DNA of 64,000 nt from Mobula hypostoma (Eukaryota): the NCBI RefSeq assembly GCF_963921235.1, contig NC_086108.1:41604001-41668000 (forward strand), read 5' to 3'. Every line of letters starts with the position of its first letter. Position 1 is the first letter of the stretch. Below, piece by piece: positions 37,261 through 51,375 of this stretch. Made by a program: the position numbers and the translations under genes. Below the pieces are notes generated by a model. That model was not told the origin of the DNA and made no database searches. It saw only the letters and a list, made by a program, of their open reading frames with translations.

Positions 37261-38920
37261 CAATTCATGGGCAGTTTTATTTACTTTATATTCATGTCAT
37301 TTGATGGCAATGGGTACTATGATGGCCATTGATCAGAAGGATAATATGTCTAGTTAATCCCTCGTATCGTTAGCCAATGTACTGTGGTGATATCAGTGCA
37401 GGTTTATCACACAATTAACAGCAGTAATGTCATTCCATTCACCACCTAGAAAATTTTCAAGTCAATAAATGTAAATCCAAATGAAAATTCTGTTATATTA
37501 TTTTTAGAATTAGGTACTGCTTCTGTTTTGAAGGTTTGCTGACATAACAATAGGTTTAATTAATTCTCATCAATAAAGAAAAAGTTTGAGTGAATACAGT
37601 GGCAGGGTGTTCCCTGTACTTTGCCATGATGGTCATAACTATATTGTCTGTGTACTTAGGAAAGTTGGGCAAGATAGCCATCTGAGGGAAGGATACTCCT
37701 GTTGAAGTGTTTCAATCGATTTTTGGGGCGAGTGGATATAAAATATAAGTATTATTATTTCCATGCCAGCTGGGAGTTAGGCCAAAGGAAAGCCCAAAGG
37801 AAGCTAGAAGGAAGATTGAAAATTTGCTTAGGTTCTATGCATAGGTGAGCCAATTCACTATTGTTCCAGCAGTATTATTTGCTGGTGTACATTTTAGAAA
37901 ATGGACAACCTAAGATTGAACTAGTACTGATTGCACTTTCTTTTGGAAGTTCTATAGTTACGTTACAGTTTTTGGAGGATTAGTGACAATGGAGAGCACT
38001 TGACTGGACATATGTAAGCTGATGACTTTCCTTAACTGGTTGGATAATTTTACTTACTGTTGGGATGATCCTTCTGGGGCAGAAATAAAGAGACTTTGAT
38101 CCTCATTTTTATGAGCATCTTGGCTGATTCAGAGGTGGAAACAGAATCTAAATACCTATGGGGAATCTTTTCTCATTTATGCATACATGTATAGATTCAA
38201 GTAAGTGGAACCAGGTTTCAGAAGCAGGGTGGAATGCACAGCTGGGACTAAATGTGCACAGTTTGTACAGATGACCAAACTCTTTTCTCTCTCCTTTTTC
38301 CCCAATTTATTTTCATCTTTCAGTTATCCGAAATAAATTCGATTATATTTAGGAAGAGTGGTAAATATCCAACAACTTGGATGTTGCATTTTGTACATCA
38401 ACTATATTATTTTGAACATAAAATGGACTTTTGTATGTCACCATTCTCATTACAAGCTGTGTTCCATTTTCGTTTCAGTCAACATGGCATAAATTTTTAT
38501 TTGACGTCTTTTCTTTCAGCAATCTATTCAAGGGGTTTTTATTGTTTGAGTTCCAGTTCATCTGGAGTGCAATGATGAGAAGACCTTGAATTCTGGTCTT
38601 TCTTTTGTAGTGGGAACATGGCAGTTTCAGGAAGAAAATGGATACTCCCGGTGGACAATATTCAACTCAGGAGTTATGCATTGAATCTGGGTTTCTGAAG
38701 CTGTGAAACTGTACCTCTAGTAGCTCCACAAATATCTGTCACAGTGAGAACAGAAAATCATGTGTTGTGAAGTTGTATCAATAAAACCTGGAAAAAAAAA
38801 ACACACAATCCATCAGGAGATGGTTAATAGTCACAGTTCCACAACAGCCACCTCAAATGTGATATGCAATGGTTTTAACCCTCGGGTTAGGTGTGACTGA
38901 TCTGACAGGGACAACCCTTC

Positions 38921-39236
38921 TCATTTTTTTGTGTGTGCATCCGTGCGTCTGTCCGTCATTCCGTCTGTGCGTGTGCGATGTTGGCGGGACGATGTCTTTT
39001 TTCATGCCTTTTTTAAAAGGCGCAGAGCGAGAGAGAGAGAGACTGCGTGGCCGCCACTCCTCACACAGACATTTTCACAGTATTTTTCCCTTTATTTTAT
39101 GAGGTTGAGTTGCGATCTTGACACTCAACCTGGCACGGATGGAAAGCGTACTCGGGAGCGGATCCGACTGGGTTTGAACTGGGAACCTCCATTCCAGAGT
39201 CCGGCGCTGATGTCATTGCACCATCAGCCGGCCCGG
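38921..39236 (-). mobile_element. tRNA-derived SINE with 13-bp flanking duplication
   Basis: Minus strand head GGCCGGCTGATGGTGCAATG (A box) and GTTCAAACCC (B box); GGGACAACCCTTC at 38908-38920 and 39237-39249. Confidence 0.7.
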
Positions 39237-39547
39237 GGGACAACCCTTCCCAACACCAGCCAATCAAAATCTCACTTCTTGTCTGAGCGTTCCAGTGATA
39301 AGGCATTCTGGCAAAGGACAAATGCTCCTGTAAGGCCTCAAGGGCATTCTGTGCAGACTTCTGCCAGACTGACTGTCTAAGGGTATTTGTTTACACAAGC
39401 ATTTCTACAAGCGATGTGTAGCATGCAACAGAATAGAATATTTTATAAAGTGTGGCCAAACACATTCTTCACATTACCTTAGCATTTAGTGCTTTCACAT
39501 CTGGGGTCTAAACGTAGATGTATCTGCATACCAAAGCAATCATCAAG

Positions 39548-39643
39548 TCAGGACGAAGGGTCTCGGCCCGAAACGTCGACTATACCTCCTCCTATAGATG
39601 CTGCCTGGCCTGCTGTGTTCAACAGCATTTTTTGTGTGTGTTG
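39548..39643 (+). mobile_element. Short Penelope family A pseudo-LTR insert with truncated hammerhead
   Basis: GACGAAGGGTCTCGGCCCGAAACGTCGAC...ATAGATGCTGCCTGGCCTGCTG; flanked by CATCAAG (39541-39547, 39644-39650). Confidence 0.8.
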
Positions 39644-42155
39644 CATCAAGATAAAGGGATGTGTGGGAGTGCACCAACACATTTTTCTTTGATCTGTGCT
39701 GCACCCAACAGGAAATTCTGACAAAGTTGTGTTTCCCAGGTTTACGATCATTAATGAGCAGCACAGGAAGGTGAACTATGGTGATGTTGGCTTGGATTAG
39801 TAGAGAGACTTTAACAGAGTATCCCACAGACACGATGGTCATGCAGTATAAGATTAGCTTGAAGAGAGAAATCCATAGCTGAATATGACTGTGCTGCTTC
39901 TCCAAGGTCCCGATTGTCCCCAGAGCTCAGCTCCCCTGCAGTGGAGGAGGCAACTTTGTTTGGGGGAAATTCTGCTTCTTTTGTTTCGAGATTGTGGCTC
40001 CCGGCATTCTGGAGCTAAATGCCTTGCTCTTCATTGTTGCCATTTCCCAGAACTGGGTCTGTCATTGCTGTTGGTCTGAGTACCTTTGGCCCTGTCTCAG
40101 CTATGCCTTCCTTGTCAATAGTGTGTTAGCAGTATCACCCATTTCTCCTCACACTTTCCTGTTTGATTCTCTGTCTTAAACCTCAGAAATCATTAACCTC
40201 CCAAGGTGGGGATTCCAGATGCCTATTACTGCCCTTGACTACTTTGAATATTGGTACCTTTGGGTCTGCAAGCTTTTGTTTAATTTTGGCCATCCCAGCT
40301 GTGGATGGCTTTCCCCGTCCTCCACGTCCTCTAGACTGAGTTCAGTGGTAACTTTCAGGTGTTCACACTCAATGCCGGCACATTGCTCTGTATCCCCCTC
40401 CACCAGTGTATATTCCTCCTTGACATGGGCACACATCATGTGAAGTGACAGTGGCTGCTGGAGTTCTGTTCGCCTTTCGAGCAAGTATGGCTAACATCCT
40501 TTCCTCCTGTCCCTGTGTCTCCTCCTGTCTCCATGGCTGAGTATAGCTGTGCTAGTGTCATATGCCATGGCAACTGGACAAGTTCATGCCAAACAAGATT
40601 CTCATCTGACCTAGTCTCATTTGCCCACATTGGCCTATATCCCTTTAAGCCTTTCTTATCCATCTACCTATCCAAGTGCCTTTTTAATGTTAATGTGCCT
40701 GCCTCAGCACTTCATTGAGTTGCTCGTTCTCCATGTAGACCCCCCTCCAGTGAAAAAGTTATCCCTCAGCTTCCTTATAACTCCTGTGAAATTGGACTGA
40801 TTTTTAAGAGGTGACCTGTCTTCCTACCCAGGTTGCTATATCTAGCTTTCGTCCTGTAACTTGGCAGACCTAGGGCTTTACAGGTGGTCATTTTGTGCCC
40901 AGGTTTGCTGTACTCTGGGCTGTCCCAGGTGTACCTCATGCCCATAGCTCATGCCCGTTGAGAAGCATCATGACTGTAAATGATGTTTCCAGTCTTAATC
41001 TTCAGCTTTATCTAATTACCCTTTATGCTAGACCAGCCGCCATGCATGTCTTAAACATGAGCACCTCCATAACGGGTATCCAGAGGCTCAACATATTTGA
41101 TCAGGTTTTACTCCTTCTTTTGTGGGATGCTGAGGGAGGATTGTACTGTGTATCGTACCAAGGTGTTTCTTGTCAAAAACACTGATACCCTTCCACTTTG
41201 CTGAAGTACTTGCTCCCTGAGAAGTCTTAGGGGACAAAGATCTCCTCAGATCTGAACCCACTCGCCTTGCAGCTTCTTCATAAAAATGCGTCAGTCCCAT
41301 GGCACATTGGAGTTTGCAAACATCATGCGCAATCACATAATGTCTCCACAGTCTGTGCCCTAGTGGTCAAATAGTCTGATAGACGTGGCTCCTGGCTGTG
41401 ACAAAAACTTACTTTAGTGAAAGATTGCAGAATAAACGAAGAATTAAATTTCTAGTCTAGAAAGGCTTTTCACTCATTCCCCATTCATTATCCACACTGG
41501 ATGGAAAGCAGATAAGAGAAATGACTAGGTATTGATCCAATCCATCTACACATTCTTTACTTAATCAAATATTTAGGTGGAATACTGATGTGCATCTGGC
41601 GTAGAAGCAATGTAGAATGAGGTCTCAGCAGTCCATCAGCATCTGTTGTCTACTTCATCTTAAATAGACATTGTTATAAAATAGAAATCAAAAGCATATG
41701 AAAGATAAAGCATATATCATCAAACTTGAGTATCAGTAACTGTGCAGTGTCATCTGCAGTTGGCAAGCATAAGCTTCGAGATGATTTGCCAAGGAACTGT
41801 GCCTGCAGAATATTAACACAAGATCCAATGATTTGCAAGAGGATTCATGATATCTCAAACTTTGGTGATTCATTGTTCATGCAACAGTTCTTTTTAATTT
41901 CAACTCCATTCATAGTATGTGGCCTTTGCTTGTAAAGTCAGCATCTATTGCCAATCCTTAATTCTTCTGAAAAGCAATCTCAGATGACAATTAGGTCACC
42001 ATAATGATGGGTCTGGAGTTACATTATATAAGCCAAAGCATGCAGAAATGGAACACTAGGCAATTTCCTTTCCTAAAGGAGACTGGCGAGCCAGGTAGTT
42101 TTTTTGTTCAACAACCTGTTGTTTTCCATTCACTATTATTGATGCCAGTTGTCTT

Positions 42156-42617
42156 ATAGAAACATAGCAACATAGAAAACCCACAGCACAATACAGGCCC
42201 TTCGGCCCACAAAGCTGTGCCAAACATGTCCTTACCTTAGAACTACCTAGGCTTACCCATAGCCCTCTATTTTTCTAAGCTCCATGTACCTATCCAGGAG
42301 TCTCTTAAAAGTCCCTATTATTTCTGCCTCCACCATCGTCACCAGCAGCCCATTCCATGCACTCACACTCTCTGTGTAAAAAACTTACCCCTGACACCTC
42401 CTCTGTACCTACTTCCAAGCACCTTAAAACTATGCCCTCGCATACTAGCCATTTCAGCCCTGGGAAAAAGTCTCTGACTATCCACACGATCAATGCCTCT
42501 CATTATCTTGTACACCTCTATCAGGTCACCTCTCATCCTCCGTCGCTCCAAGGAGAAAAGGCCGAGTTCACTCAACCTATTCTCATAAGGCATGCTCCCC
42601 AATCCAGGCAACATCCT
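42156..42617 (-). mobile_element. CR1 LINE 3' end (another subfamily)
   Basis: RMLPGL...YENRL..LGLFSLERRRMRGDLIEVYKIMRG...FFTQRV; (CTATGTTT)n tail. Confidence 0.88.
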
Positions 42618-45600
42618 ATTTTTATTTAAATACTTGAATTTAATTTGGCCACTACTGTGGTGGTAATTGAACCTGTGACTCCAGTAAATTGTCCAGTCCT
42701 CCAGATACCAGTTCAATAATTTATCTGATTGTAAACATGACTCTGGTGTCAGTGTCATTATCATTTTTCATCACTGTATAAGCAATAATGTATAAACATT
42801 TTATTAATAAAATGTATTAATGCACTTTATCCTAGTACCATATAACACCACAATAGTATCACATAGATTACTTCATTAATAGTCTGTTTAACAAGTGGTT
42901 TATATACATATGTGTGCAAATGTTCCTGAATCCTGTAAAATAATCAGTGCTGTTAATTAAAAAAGGCTCCACAGACAGCAATCGCAGAAATAAGTATCTT
43001 GGATTGCTTTAGCGCTTTGCTCCTTATGCTTGCCAGCTGCATCTACCCTGCACAGTTACTGATATTTAAATCAGGAAACATATCCTGTGATATGCCACAA
43101 AATAAACCATAAAGAAATGTGGTAACTTTATTCTACAAATGTAAATTCATATCTGTTTTGAAAGAAACTGAATGTATTGCTGAATAATATCAAAGTACAT
43201 GGGCTCTGCAAGTTACCAAAACTATTCAATCCTCTTCCAGCAATCTTATTAGAGTTGAAGTAAGCTGCAAAATAAAACTTGCTTGGTACGTGGTTCATGA
43301 ACATTTGGGGAGATGAGTACCACATATTGTTTTTTGTCCCTCTAAATTCTGTGATGGAAGAAATGCATCCAGGTCAGGGGAAGATTAATTAATTGAAATT
43401 GTGCATAAAAGTGTTAAAACAAAGGAGGCAAATCACTGAGTTAGGCTTTGAATATCATCTGCTGTGGTGAATGGTTGGACTGCAGACCAGCATCAATTTG
43501 GGCGAGCTCTGACAGAGTGAGGTTTCATTCAATAGGTAGCAGGGCAGGATAACTAAGCGCAGTATTTCATGTAATTCAGGTAAAGTGACTTTTTCATGGA
43601 CTGGTCAATGATTGGTCATAGGCCAATGCACACACCTGACAGACTGCATGTGCAGGATAAATGCCTTAAGTTTTAAAGGTCATTTGCTCTTGCACTGAAT
43701 GATAAATATTTATGTCAGAAGCACAGCGTTCTCTGCCATATTATTGATGGCACAGATTTACCTTTTAACAAGACTGCTTATAGTGAAGGCATCGACTTTA
43801 GCTTATCATCCACATTGTAAATATGCATATGATGTGAGGGATGTGCTGAAACATGAACTGCAGGTGTTTTGTTATTTGGTCTAATTATGGTTTACAAAAT
43901 AGTTTGCATTCATATACTGCATTTCCATGGAGAATTCATCACATCACAACAATTTAAATAAATGTAGCTGCGGTGCTCAGCGCACAATGTAGTTAACTGT
44001 GTCCTCTTTCTGTTAAATCAGTCATGCACCTATTGTTGGCTGTGTCAGAAAGTGTTACACTGATTCTGGCATCCACTTAGTAGTATTGCATAACAAGGAT
44101 TGACAATGCAAAGTTATAGAAATAAATAGAATTTTAAAGTACATTAAGATTTAAGCTGCAAGGTTCATCATCCATCTTATTTCTACTAACTCCATAAGAT
44201 GGATTACCAGTTGTTTCATGAATGCATCTGTGACATTAGCTTCAGCTCCACAATCTCTCCACTCTTGAGTAAAGACTTTTCTCCTGAAATCCTCATGTAT
44301 TGGTGAAAGTATTTCTGACTCTTAGTTTTGGGATCCCTGCAGGTATGAAATTTCAAGGCATGAAGGACCAGTAAGTCAGTTGCAAACTTGCTGCTGAATT
44401 AAGCATATTTTAAATCTAAAAGCAATAAGTAAAAACTGTTTATTTCTTGATTGTGACTACCATGGAAACCACACTGAAGAGGTCGCCTTCATGTGTGAAT
44501 GCTAGACAAATCTATCAAAACTTAATTCTGCTTTTATATCTTACACTTTCAGTGTCACTTAGCTGTGTTTTTGCACACAGAAGGCTGCTGAAATTTGTTT
44601 CAGAATACATTCTTTGGAAATATCAGTATTTTTCCTCATGTCTTGTACTCAATATTTAAATTCTATTAATTAAGAAATTACTGGAGATCTGTATAAGAGA
44701 CATTTTATTTTCAAACTGTGAAGGTTATGTTTCAAATACATATCCTATTACTGTGTTCTTTAAGTACCACACGATTCCACTCCCTTTACTACAAAACCTC
44801 TGATTAACAGCCATCAGCTATGTGGCTGGACTCCAAGTGGATGTAAATTATTTAGATGCATCTCATATTTTTTTTATTCATTACCATGATATGGGCAAGG
44901 TCAGCATGTATCACTCATCCCTAACTGCTCTGGCGGAGTGATAGTGAGTATATTTTTTTGAACCGATGCATTTTATGTGCTCCCTCAAAATCAAGGTGTG
45001 GAGATCTGGATTTTGACCCAGCGGATTGAAGGAATTGGCAAGAGGAGTGTTACATTTCTAACTCAGGATGCTATGTAGGGGTGCCAAATTTGAAAATGGT
45101 GCCTTCCTATACACTTGCTGTCCTTAGCCTTCTAGTTGTTAGATTCAGGAGCTGCTTTCAAAGGTCTATCCACACCCCAAACTACACACCACTTATGGTG
45201 GAAGGAGGGAATGTTTCAAGTGGTAGAATAAGTGTTAATTTAAAGCACTTTATTTTTACCTGGGTGGTATTGACTTTCTTGACTGCAGCAAATGACAATC
45301 CATTCTCTGGAGCTGTGCCTTAACCTGATAGAGGGTCTCAACCCTCTCCACCCCCTGTATAAATGTTGTTTGACCCACTGAATTCCTCCCGCAGTCTGCT
45401 CTTTCTATTCTGGAAGGCTTTGAAGAGAGGGGAGGCGAGTCACAAACTGCCCAGGCCCTGGCAGCCACTTCATTCATATGGTTTTAAGGCTCCATTTTTT
45501 TTTTGGTGATGATTAAGGGGTTGTGGTTTAGCTTTCTCAGTTGGAGATGGCCATTGCTTGGCCCTTGTAACCATTGTGCTTACATTGTTTCTCTGAGCAC

Positions 45601-45714
45601 TAGCACCTGTAAAGCGGATACCATGGACAAACATTGCCATTTTGACCTTTACACTGGACAGGTTCCGTCATTGTTGAAAATAATGATGTTTATAAAATTA
45701 CTGTTTGTGGCCCA

Positions 45715-46020
45715 GTGGCATGGCAGTTAGTGTAAAACAATTACAGCACTAATGACCCGGGTTCTATTACACCACTGTCTATAAGAAATTCTTATGTTCT
45801 CCTCATGACCACAGGGGTTTCTTCCAGGTACTCCGGTGTTCTTCCATGTAGGATGTACGGATTAGAGTTAGTAAGTTGTGAGCATGCTATGATACTGCTG
45901 GAAACGGGGCAACACTTGTGGGCTGCCCCAGCACATCCTTGGATGTGCTGGTTGTTGACACAAACAACACATTTCACTGTATGTTTCGATGTTTCAATGT
46001 ACATGTAAAAATAAAACAAA
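45715..46020 (+). mobile_element. HE1/V-SINE-like element
   Basis: gtggcatggcagttag, gacccgggttctatt, gggtttcttccaggtactccggtg; 3' part is the reverse complement of 14600-14720. Confidence 0.6.
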
Positions 46021-46418
46021 TCTGTCCTTAATCAATATCTCTTTTCATTGATTGCTTAATTGGCAACTTCCAGATATAGCAGGACGACAATAATAATCTC
46101 CTCTGTTGCCTGTGGGATCCTTCAGCACTTAGCACTCACCTGTTGGGTGCTGCATCTGCAGTCTAATACACATGTAAAACAATCAGCAAACTCATTTTCA
46201 GGTATATTGGAGGACCTCCTTTCATCCACTTCTAGTCTCCTTATTGAACTAGAGATGGTTCCATAACCAGATGGTAATAGTATAATGAGGAAAATAACAG
46301 ATTAAAAGGTTACAAGTTAGGCGGAATAACTTAATCATTATTATGTAATTGTTGGGTAGTAGGGTGGAGATATGTCTCTACCAAAGGAGATGTAAGGCGC
46401 TCGTTCCCTCCGCAAGTT

Positions 46419-46703
46419 GGCATGTGGCCAAGTGGTTAAGATGTTTGTCTAATGATCTGAAGGTCGCTAGTTCAAGCCTTGGCTGAGGCAGCGTGTTGTG
46501 TCCTTGAGCAAGGCTCTTAACCACACATTGGTCTGCCAGGCTGTATGGGTCCTAATGCCCTTCCCTTGGACAACATCGGTGGCATGGAGAGGGGAGACTT
46601 GCAGCATGGGCAACTGTCAGTCTTCCATACAACCTTGCCCAGGCCTGTGCCCTGGAAACCTTCCAAGGTGCAAACCCATGGTCTCACGAGACTAATGGAT
46701 GCC
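46419..46703 (+). mobile_element. tRNA-derived SINE, same family as 121-425
   Basis: GGCATGTGGCCAAGTGGTTAAG...AGTTCAAGCC...GTGTCCTTGAGCAAGGC...CCATGGTCTCACGAGACTAATGGATGCC. Confidence 0.82.
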
Positions 46704-46719
46704 TATCACTATACGGTCT

Positions 46720-48835
46720 CATAATCTTATAAACCTCTATCAAATCTCCCCTCAGTTTTCGTCACTCCAGATAAAACAACACAAGTTTGTGCAACCTCTC
46801 ATTGCAGCACGTGCCCTCTAACCAGGCCTCATCCTGGTAAGACTCTTTTGCACCTTCTCCAAACCCTCGACATCCTTCCTATAATGGGGTGACTGGAACT
46901 GTATGCAATACTCCAGATGCAGCCTAAATAGGGGTTTATAAGCTGCAACATAACTTCCTGACTTTTAAAATTAATGCCTGAACTAATAAAGGTAAGCATG
47001 TTACATACAGCCTTAACCATCCTATCCACCTATGTAGCCACTTTCAGGCAGCTATGAAATTATACCCCAAGATCCATCTGCTCATCAGCAGTGATAAAGG
47101 TCTTGCCCTTAAGAGTGTACAGTACCTTTGCATTTGACCTACCAAAGTCCAGGATTATCTCTGGTTCTCTTCTTGAACAACATTAGCCACTCACCATTCC
47201 TCCGGGACCTCACCTGTGATTAGAGAGCACATGAAGATATTGGTCAAGGCCCCAGCAATCTCCTGCCTCTCTCAACAACCTGGTGCATATCCCATCATGC
47301 CCTGGGGACTTATCCACCTTAATGCTCTTTAAGAGACCAAACACTACTTCCTGCTTTACCTCAAAATACCCTAGCTTATTAATACTCTCAGCAATAATTT
47401 CCCTATCCTCCACATCCTTTTTGGTAAATACTGATGTAAAGTACTAATTATGGACCTCACTCACATGCTCTGCTTCCAACCAAATGTTCCCCCTTTATCC
47501 TAGAGTGGTCCTACCAGCTGCCTAGTTTTCCCTTAGTTATTCTCTTGCTCTTGATGTTTATATAGAATGCATTGGAATTCTCTTTAATCCTACTTGCCAA
47601 GGACTTTCCATGGCCCCTCCTGGCTTTCCTAATTCTCTTATTGAGTTCTTTTCTGGTGCCCTTATAATCCTCAAGGACTTTGTTTGATACTTTATACTTT
47701 ATTGTCGCCAAACAATTGATACTAGAATGTACAATCATCATAGCGATATTTGATTCTGCGCTTCCCACTCCCTGGATTACAAATCGATAGTAAATATTAA
47801 AATTTTAAATTATAAATCATAAATAGAAAATATAAAAATTGGAAGTAAGGTAGTTCAAAAAAACTGAGATGCGGGTCCGGATATTTGGAGGGTACAACCC
47901 AGATCCGGGTCAGGATCCGTTCAGCAGTCTTATCACAGTTGGAAAGAAGCTGTTCCCAAATCTGGCTGTACAAGTCTTCAAGCTCCTGAGCCTTCTCCCA
48001 GAGGGAAGGGGGAAGAAAAGTGTGTTGGCTGGGTGGGTCATGACCTTGATTATCCTGGCAGCACTGCTCTGACAGCGTGCAGTGTAAAGTGAGTCCAAGG
48101 ACGGAAGATTGGTTTGTGTGATGTGCTGCGCCGTGTTCACAATCTTCTGCAGCTTCTTCCGGTCTTGATTTCTAGCTTCCTATGCTTTACATACTTTTCA
48201 TTTTTCTTCTGGACTAAATTCATCACATCTACCGACATCCTCTTACCTTGCCATTCTTGTCGTTCCTTCTGACTGGAACTTACCTGTCCTGTACTCTGTG
48301 CATTTGTTCCTTAAACACCCTCCATGTGTCAGATGTGGACTTGCCCAAAAACAACTGTTCCCAATTAACTATCCCTTGTTCCTGCCTAATACTCCCATAG
48401 TTCACCTTGCTCCAACATACTATTCTCCCTCAAGGTCCATACTTAGCCTATCTATAGCTGTCTTAAAACTTAAGGAGTTGTTGTCACTGTTCCCTAACTG
48501 CTCACCTGCTGAAAAGTTGGTCACCTGTCCAAGCTCAATACCCAACACCAAATACAGTACAGCCCTTCCTCTTGTTGGGCTATCTACATATTGATTTAAG
48601 AACTCCCCCCAACCCGGATAAACCTGACAACTTCTGCCCCATCTGAACCCCTTGCTCTCAGAAGGTCCCGGTTTATATTAGGGAAGTTGAAATTCCACAT
48701 GACAACAACCCTATTGTTTTTACACTTTTCCTTAATCTGCCTGAAAATCTGTTCAACGTCCCAGTGGTTTTTGGGAGGGGTCTGTAGTATGATCTCATCA
48801 GAGAGTTTGCATCCTTCTTATTTTTGAGTTCTACC
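46720..48835 (-). mobile_element. Decayed CR1 LINE (endonuclease to RT region, with deletions), interrupted at 47686-48164
   Basis: Minus-strand KVDKSPGHDG, RKARRGH.KSLASRIKEN.NAFY, WVELKNKK...YYRP motifs. Confidence 0.75.
47686..48164 (-). mobile_element. Rex1/Babar-like LINE 3' end nested in CR1
   Basis: ORF 47910-48140(-): NLPSLDSLY...THPANTLFFPLPSGRRLRS...FGNSFFPTVIRLLN; 3' end GACAATAAAG plus (TATAAAG)n. Confidence 0.82.
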
Positions 48836-49289
48836 CAAAATACAGTATTGTGCAAAAGTCTATACAGCTAGGGTGCCTGAGACTTTCGCATTGTACTGTA
48901 GTTATTTAATGTATTGCATTGTACTGCTGCTACAAAAAAACAAACCCTGACTCTGATATGGGTCTCTAATATGGACTGAGAGTGGGAAGGCGGTAGGGGG
49001 TGGGGAAACATGGTTGGGAAAAAGGGAAGGGAGAGGGGAGGGAGCAGGAAGCACCAGAGAGAGATTCTGTAATGATCAATAAACTAATTATTTGGAATTA
49101 TATGACGTTGCCTGGTGTCTCAGGGCTAGGTATGTCTGAAAACGCACCCGCCCACCCCTAGCACTCCTTCTCTGCCAGCTGTCCCACACCCCTCCCACGG
49201 CACTCCACCATCGCCATTTCCAACGTACTTCACTCCCACCAGATTTACAAACTCTCTCTCTGCTTCATGTTGACAAATACAGCGATGTG

Positions 49290-49510
49290 CAGTACTGTGT
49301 CTGCACTCCGAGTGTGACCACCTCACTAAAAGTTTCATCAGAGGTACTTTCAGCATCTCAAATGGTCCTGAGTACTTCCAGCACCAGCTCCAGTTCCTTG
49401 ACTTTGTCAGTCAGGACCTGAACCTGGATGCACTTCCTGAAGATGTTGTCATCAGGGAGACCATTAGGTACCCTGCAATCCTACATCTTACTGTAGGGGT
49501 ATTCCATTGC
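49290..49510 (-). mobile_element. CR1 ORF1 N-terminal remnant
   Basis: Minus strand reads about PDDNIFRKCIQVQVLTDKVKELELVL, resembling the CR1 ORF1 zinc-finger/leucine-zipper region; colinear with 46720-48835. Confidence 0.5.
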
Positions 49511-50364
49511 CTTAACCACCATCCTCTACCTTTGTCAATTCTCAAGCTTAAGTTCTAGTCTCTGCCTGTTGTCACCAGAGCCCATTGAACCAAACTCTGA
49601 CCACATAAACCTCACTTCTTTTTATTGACCCTTGCTAGGTTACCAATAACCCAAGCAATCTCCCACTCCACAGACAAGTCCTTACAGGCCCCATTCACTT
49701 TTTAAATGGGTGCATAAACATCACAAGGAGCTGTCCCCAACTCATTCTGTGATCTCAAGGTCCACATACAAGTCCCAACAGACTCTATTCGCTTTTTAAA
49801 GTTGATGTGTAGGGTCAACAAGCAGCTCTCTAGCGTTCATGGGTTCATGGACTGTTCAGAAGTCCGATGGTAGAGAGGGTGGAGCTGTTCCTACAACATT
49901 GGCTGTGGTCTTCCTTGATGGTGGTATTGAGAAGAGGGCATATCCTAGATGGTGAGGATGCCATCTTCAATCTTTTAAAGATGTTCTTTGCCGCCACTAA
50001 ACAAGTTTCACAACATATGTCAGTGATAATAAACCTGATTCTGATTTATCTCCAGCTGCTTTTCCAATTTGAAAACCATGTCCTACTCTCACTCAGACTC
50101 CACTAAGCTGATCTTTGTTGTGGCCGTTGATAACCCATCCTGTAATCCTGCTTCTGCCAAGAATCGTGCAAAAAATGGAGCACTAATCAATCCACCAAGA
50201 GAAAATGGTAGTTGGTAATCATAAGGGAATTATCTCATACATATTAAGCCTCCCAGGGCTACCGACAAATAAAATGCAACTATTTTACAGTGACACTATG
50301 CTTTTTGCTCCCTCATTTCACTTATAAGAATTCTTCAATTCAGTCAGTTTTATTATTGGTTGGT

Positions 50365-50720
50365 GGATACCACCCACCCAGGAATTCTCTCTTCCCTCCC
50401 CTCCCATCGGGCAAAAGATACAAAAACCTGAAGGCAAGTACCACCATGTTGAAGGACAGTTTCTATCACATTGTTACGAGACTTTTGAACAGACCTTTTG
50501 TATGATAGGATGAACTCTTGACCTCTCAGTATGCCTTGTTATGATCTTTATGTTTACCTGCACTACATTTTATTTGTAGCTTTAACACAGTTCTCCATTG
50601 TTATTATTCTCCTCAGTGCACCGTGAAATGATTTAATCTGTATGAACAGTGTACAAGACAAGCAGTTCACTGTTTTTTGGTACATGTAACAATTATAAAC
50701 TAATACCAATATCAATACCA
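50365..50720 (+). mobile_element. Rex1/Babar-like LINE 3' end
   Basis: HPPRNSLFPPLPSGKRYKNLKASTTMLKDSFY..VTRLLN, followed by a 3' UTR ending in (ATACCA)n. Confidence 0.7.
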
Positions 50721-50836
50721 AAGGATGGCAGTGGTGCACTTCAACTACCATCAATCTACATCGGAAAAACCTATCATTAATGTTTTCACTCTGCAGATTT
50801 ACTGATGACTTTGGAACCCATTCATTATTTTTCTGT

Positions 50837-51033
50837 CAACACACATAGAAGTTTCTGGGGAGCGCAGCAGGCCAGGCAGCATCTATAGGAAGAGGTACAA
50901 TCGACGTTTCGGGCCGAGACCCTTCGTCCTGACTGTACCTCTTTCTATAGATGCTGCCTGGCCTGCTGCGCTCCCCAGCAACTTTTATGTGTGTTGCTTG
51001 ATATTCCAGCATCTGCAGATTTCCTCGTGTTTG
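50837..51033. mobile_element. Fold-back (inverted) Penelope family A pseudo-LTR insert
   Basis: Left arm is the reverse complement of the right arm, with the junction at ...CTTCGTC-CT-GACTGTACC (50922-50939); 14-bp duplication CATTATTTTTCTGT (50823-50836, 51034-51047). Confidence 0.88.
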
Positions 51034-51375
51034 CATTATTTTTCTGTTATAGTTTGAATCAACTTAATGGTCAGCCAGGCCATTTTGGAGTTAATCGCAC
51101 AGCTTTTTTTACATAGTCCAGGCTGGATAAAGACAGCCTATTTCCTTTTCCAAAGGACATTAGTGACCAGCTGGGTTTCTACAACAATCTAGTAATTTCA
51201 AGAATACATTTTTTGATGCTAGGTGTTTAATTCTAGATAATTTCATTAATCTTATTTAAACTTCTTAATAGCCCTGCTCTTGCCCCAGCATAACTTGCCC
51301 CTCTGGGGATATCGCAGGCTGTGTAAACCCTTGTGCTTCCAAAGTTGTAATCCATCTGGCAGATATTTACAATAA

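Noticed and set aside
39850..41400. Slightly GC-richer stretch with several short ORFs, possibly an ancient transposon or exon
   Set aside because: No recognisable protein motif, splice-bounded frame or termini; could not be supported.
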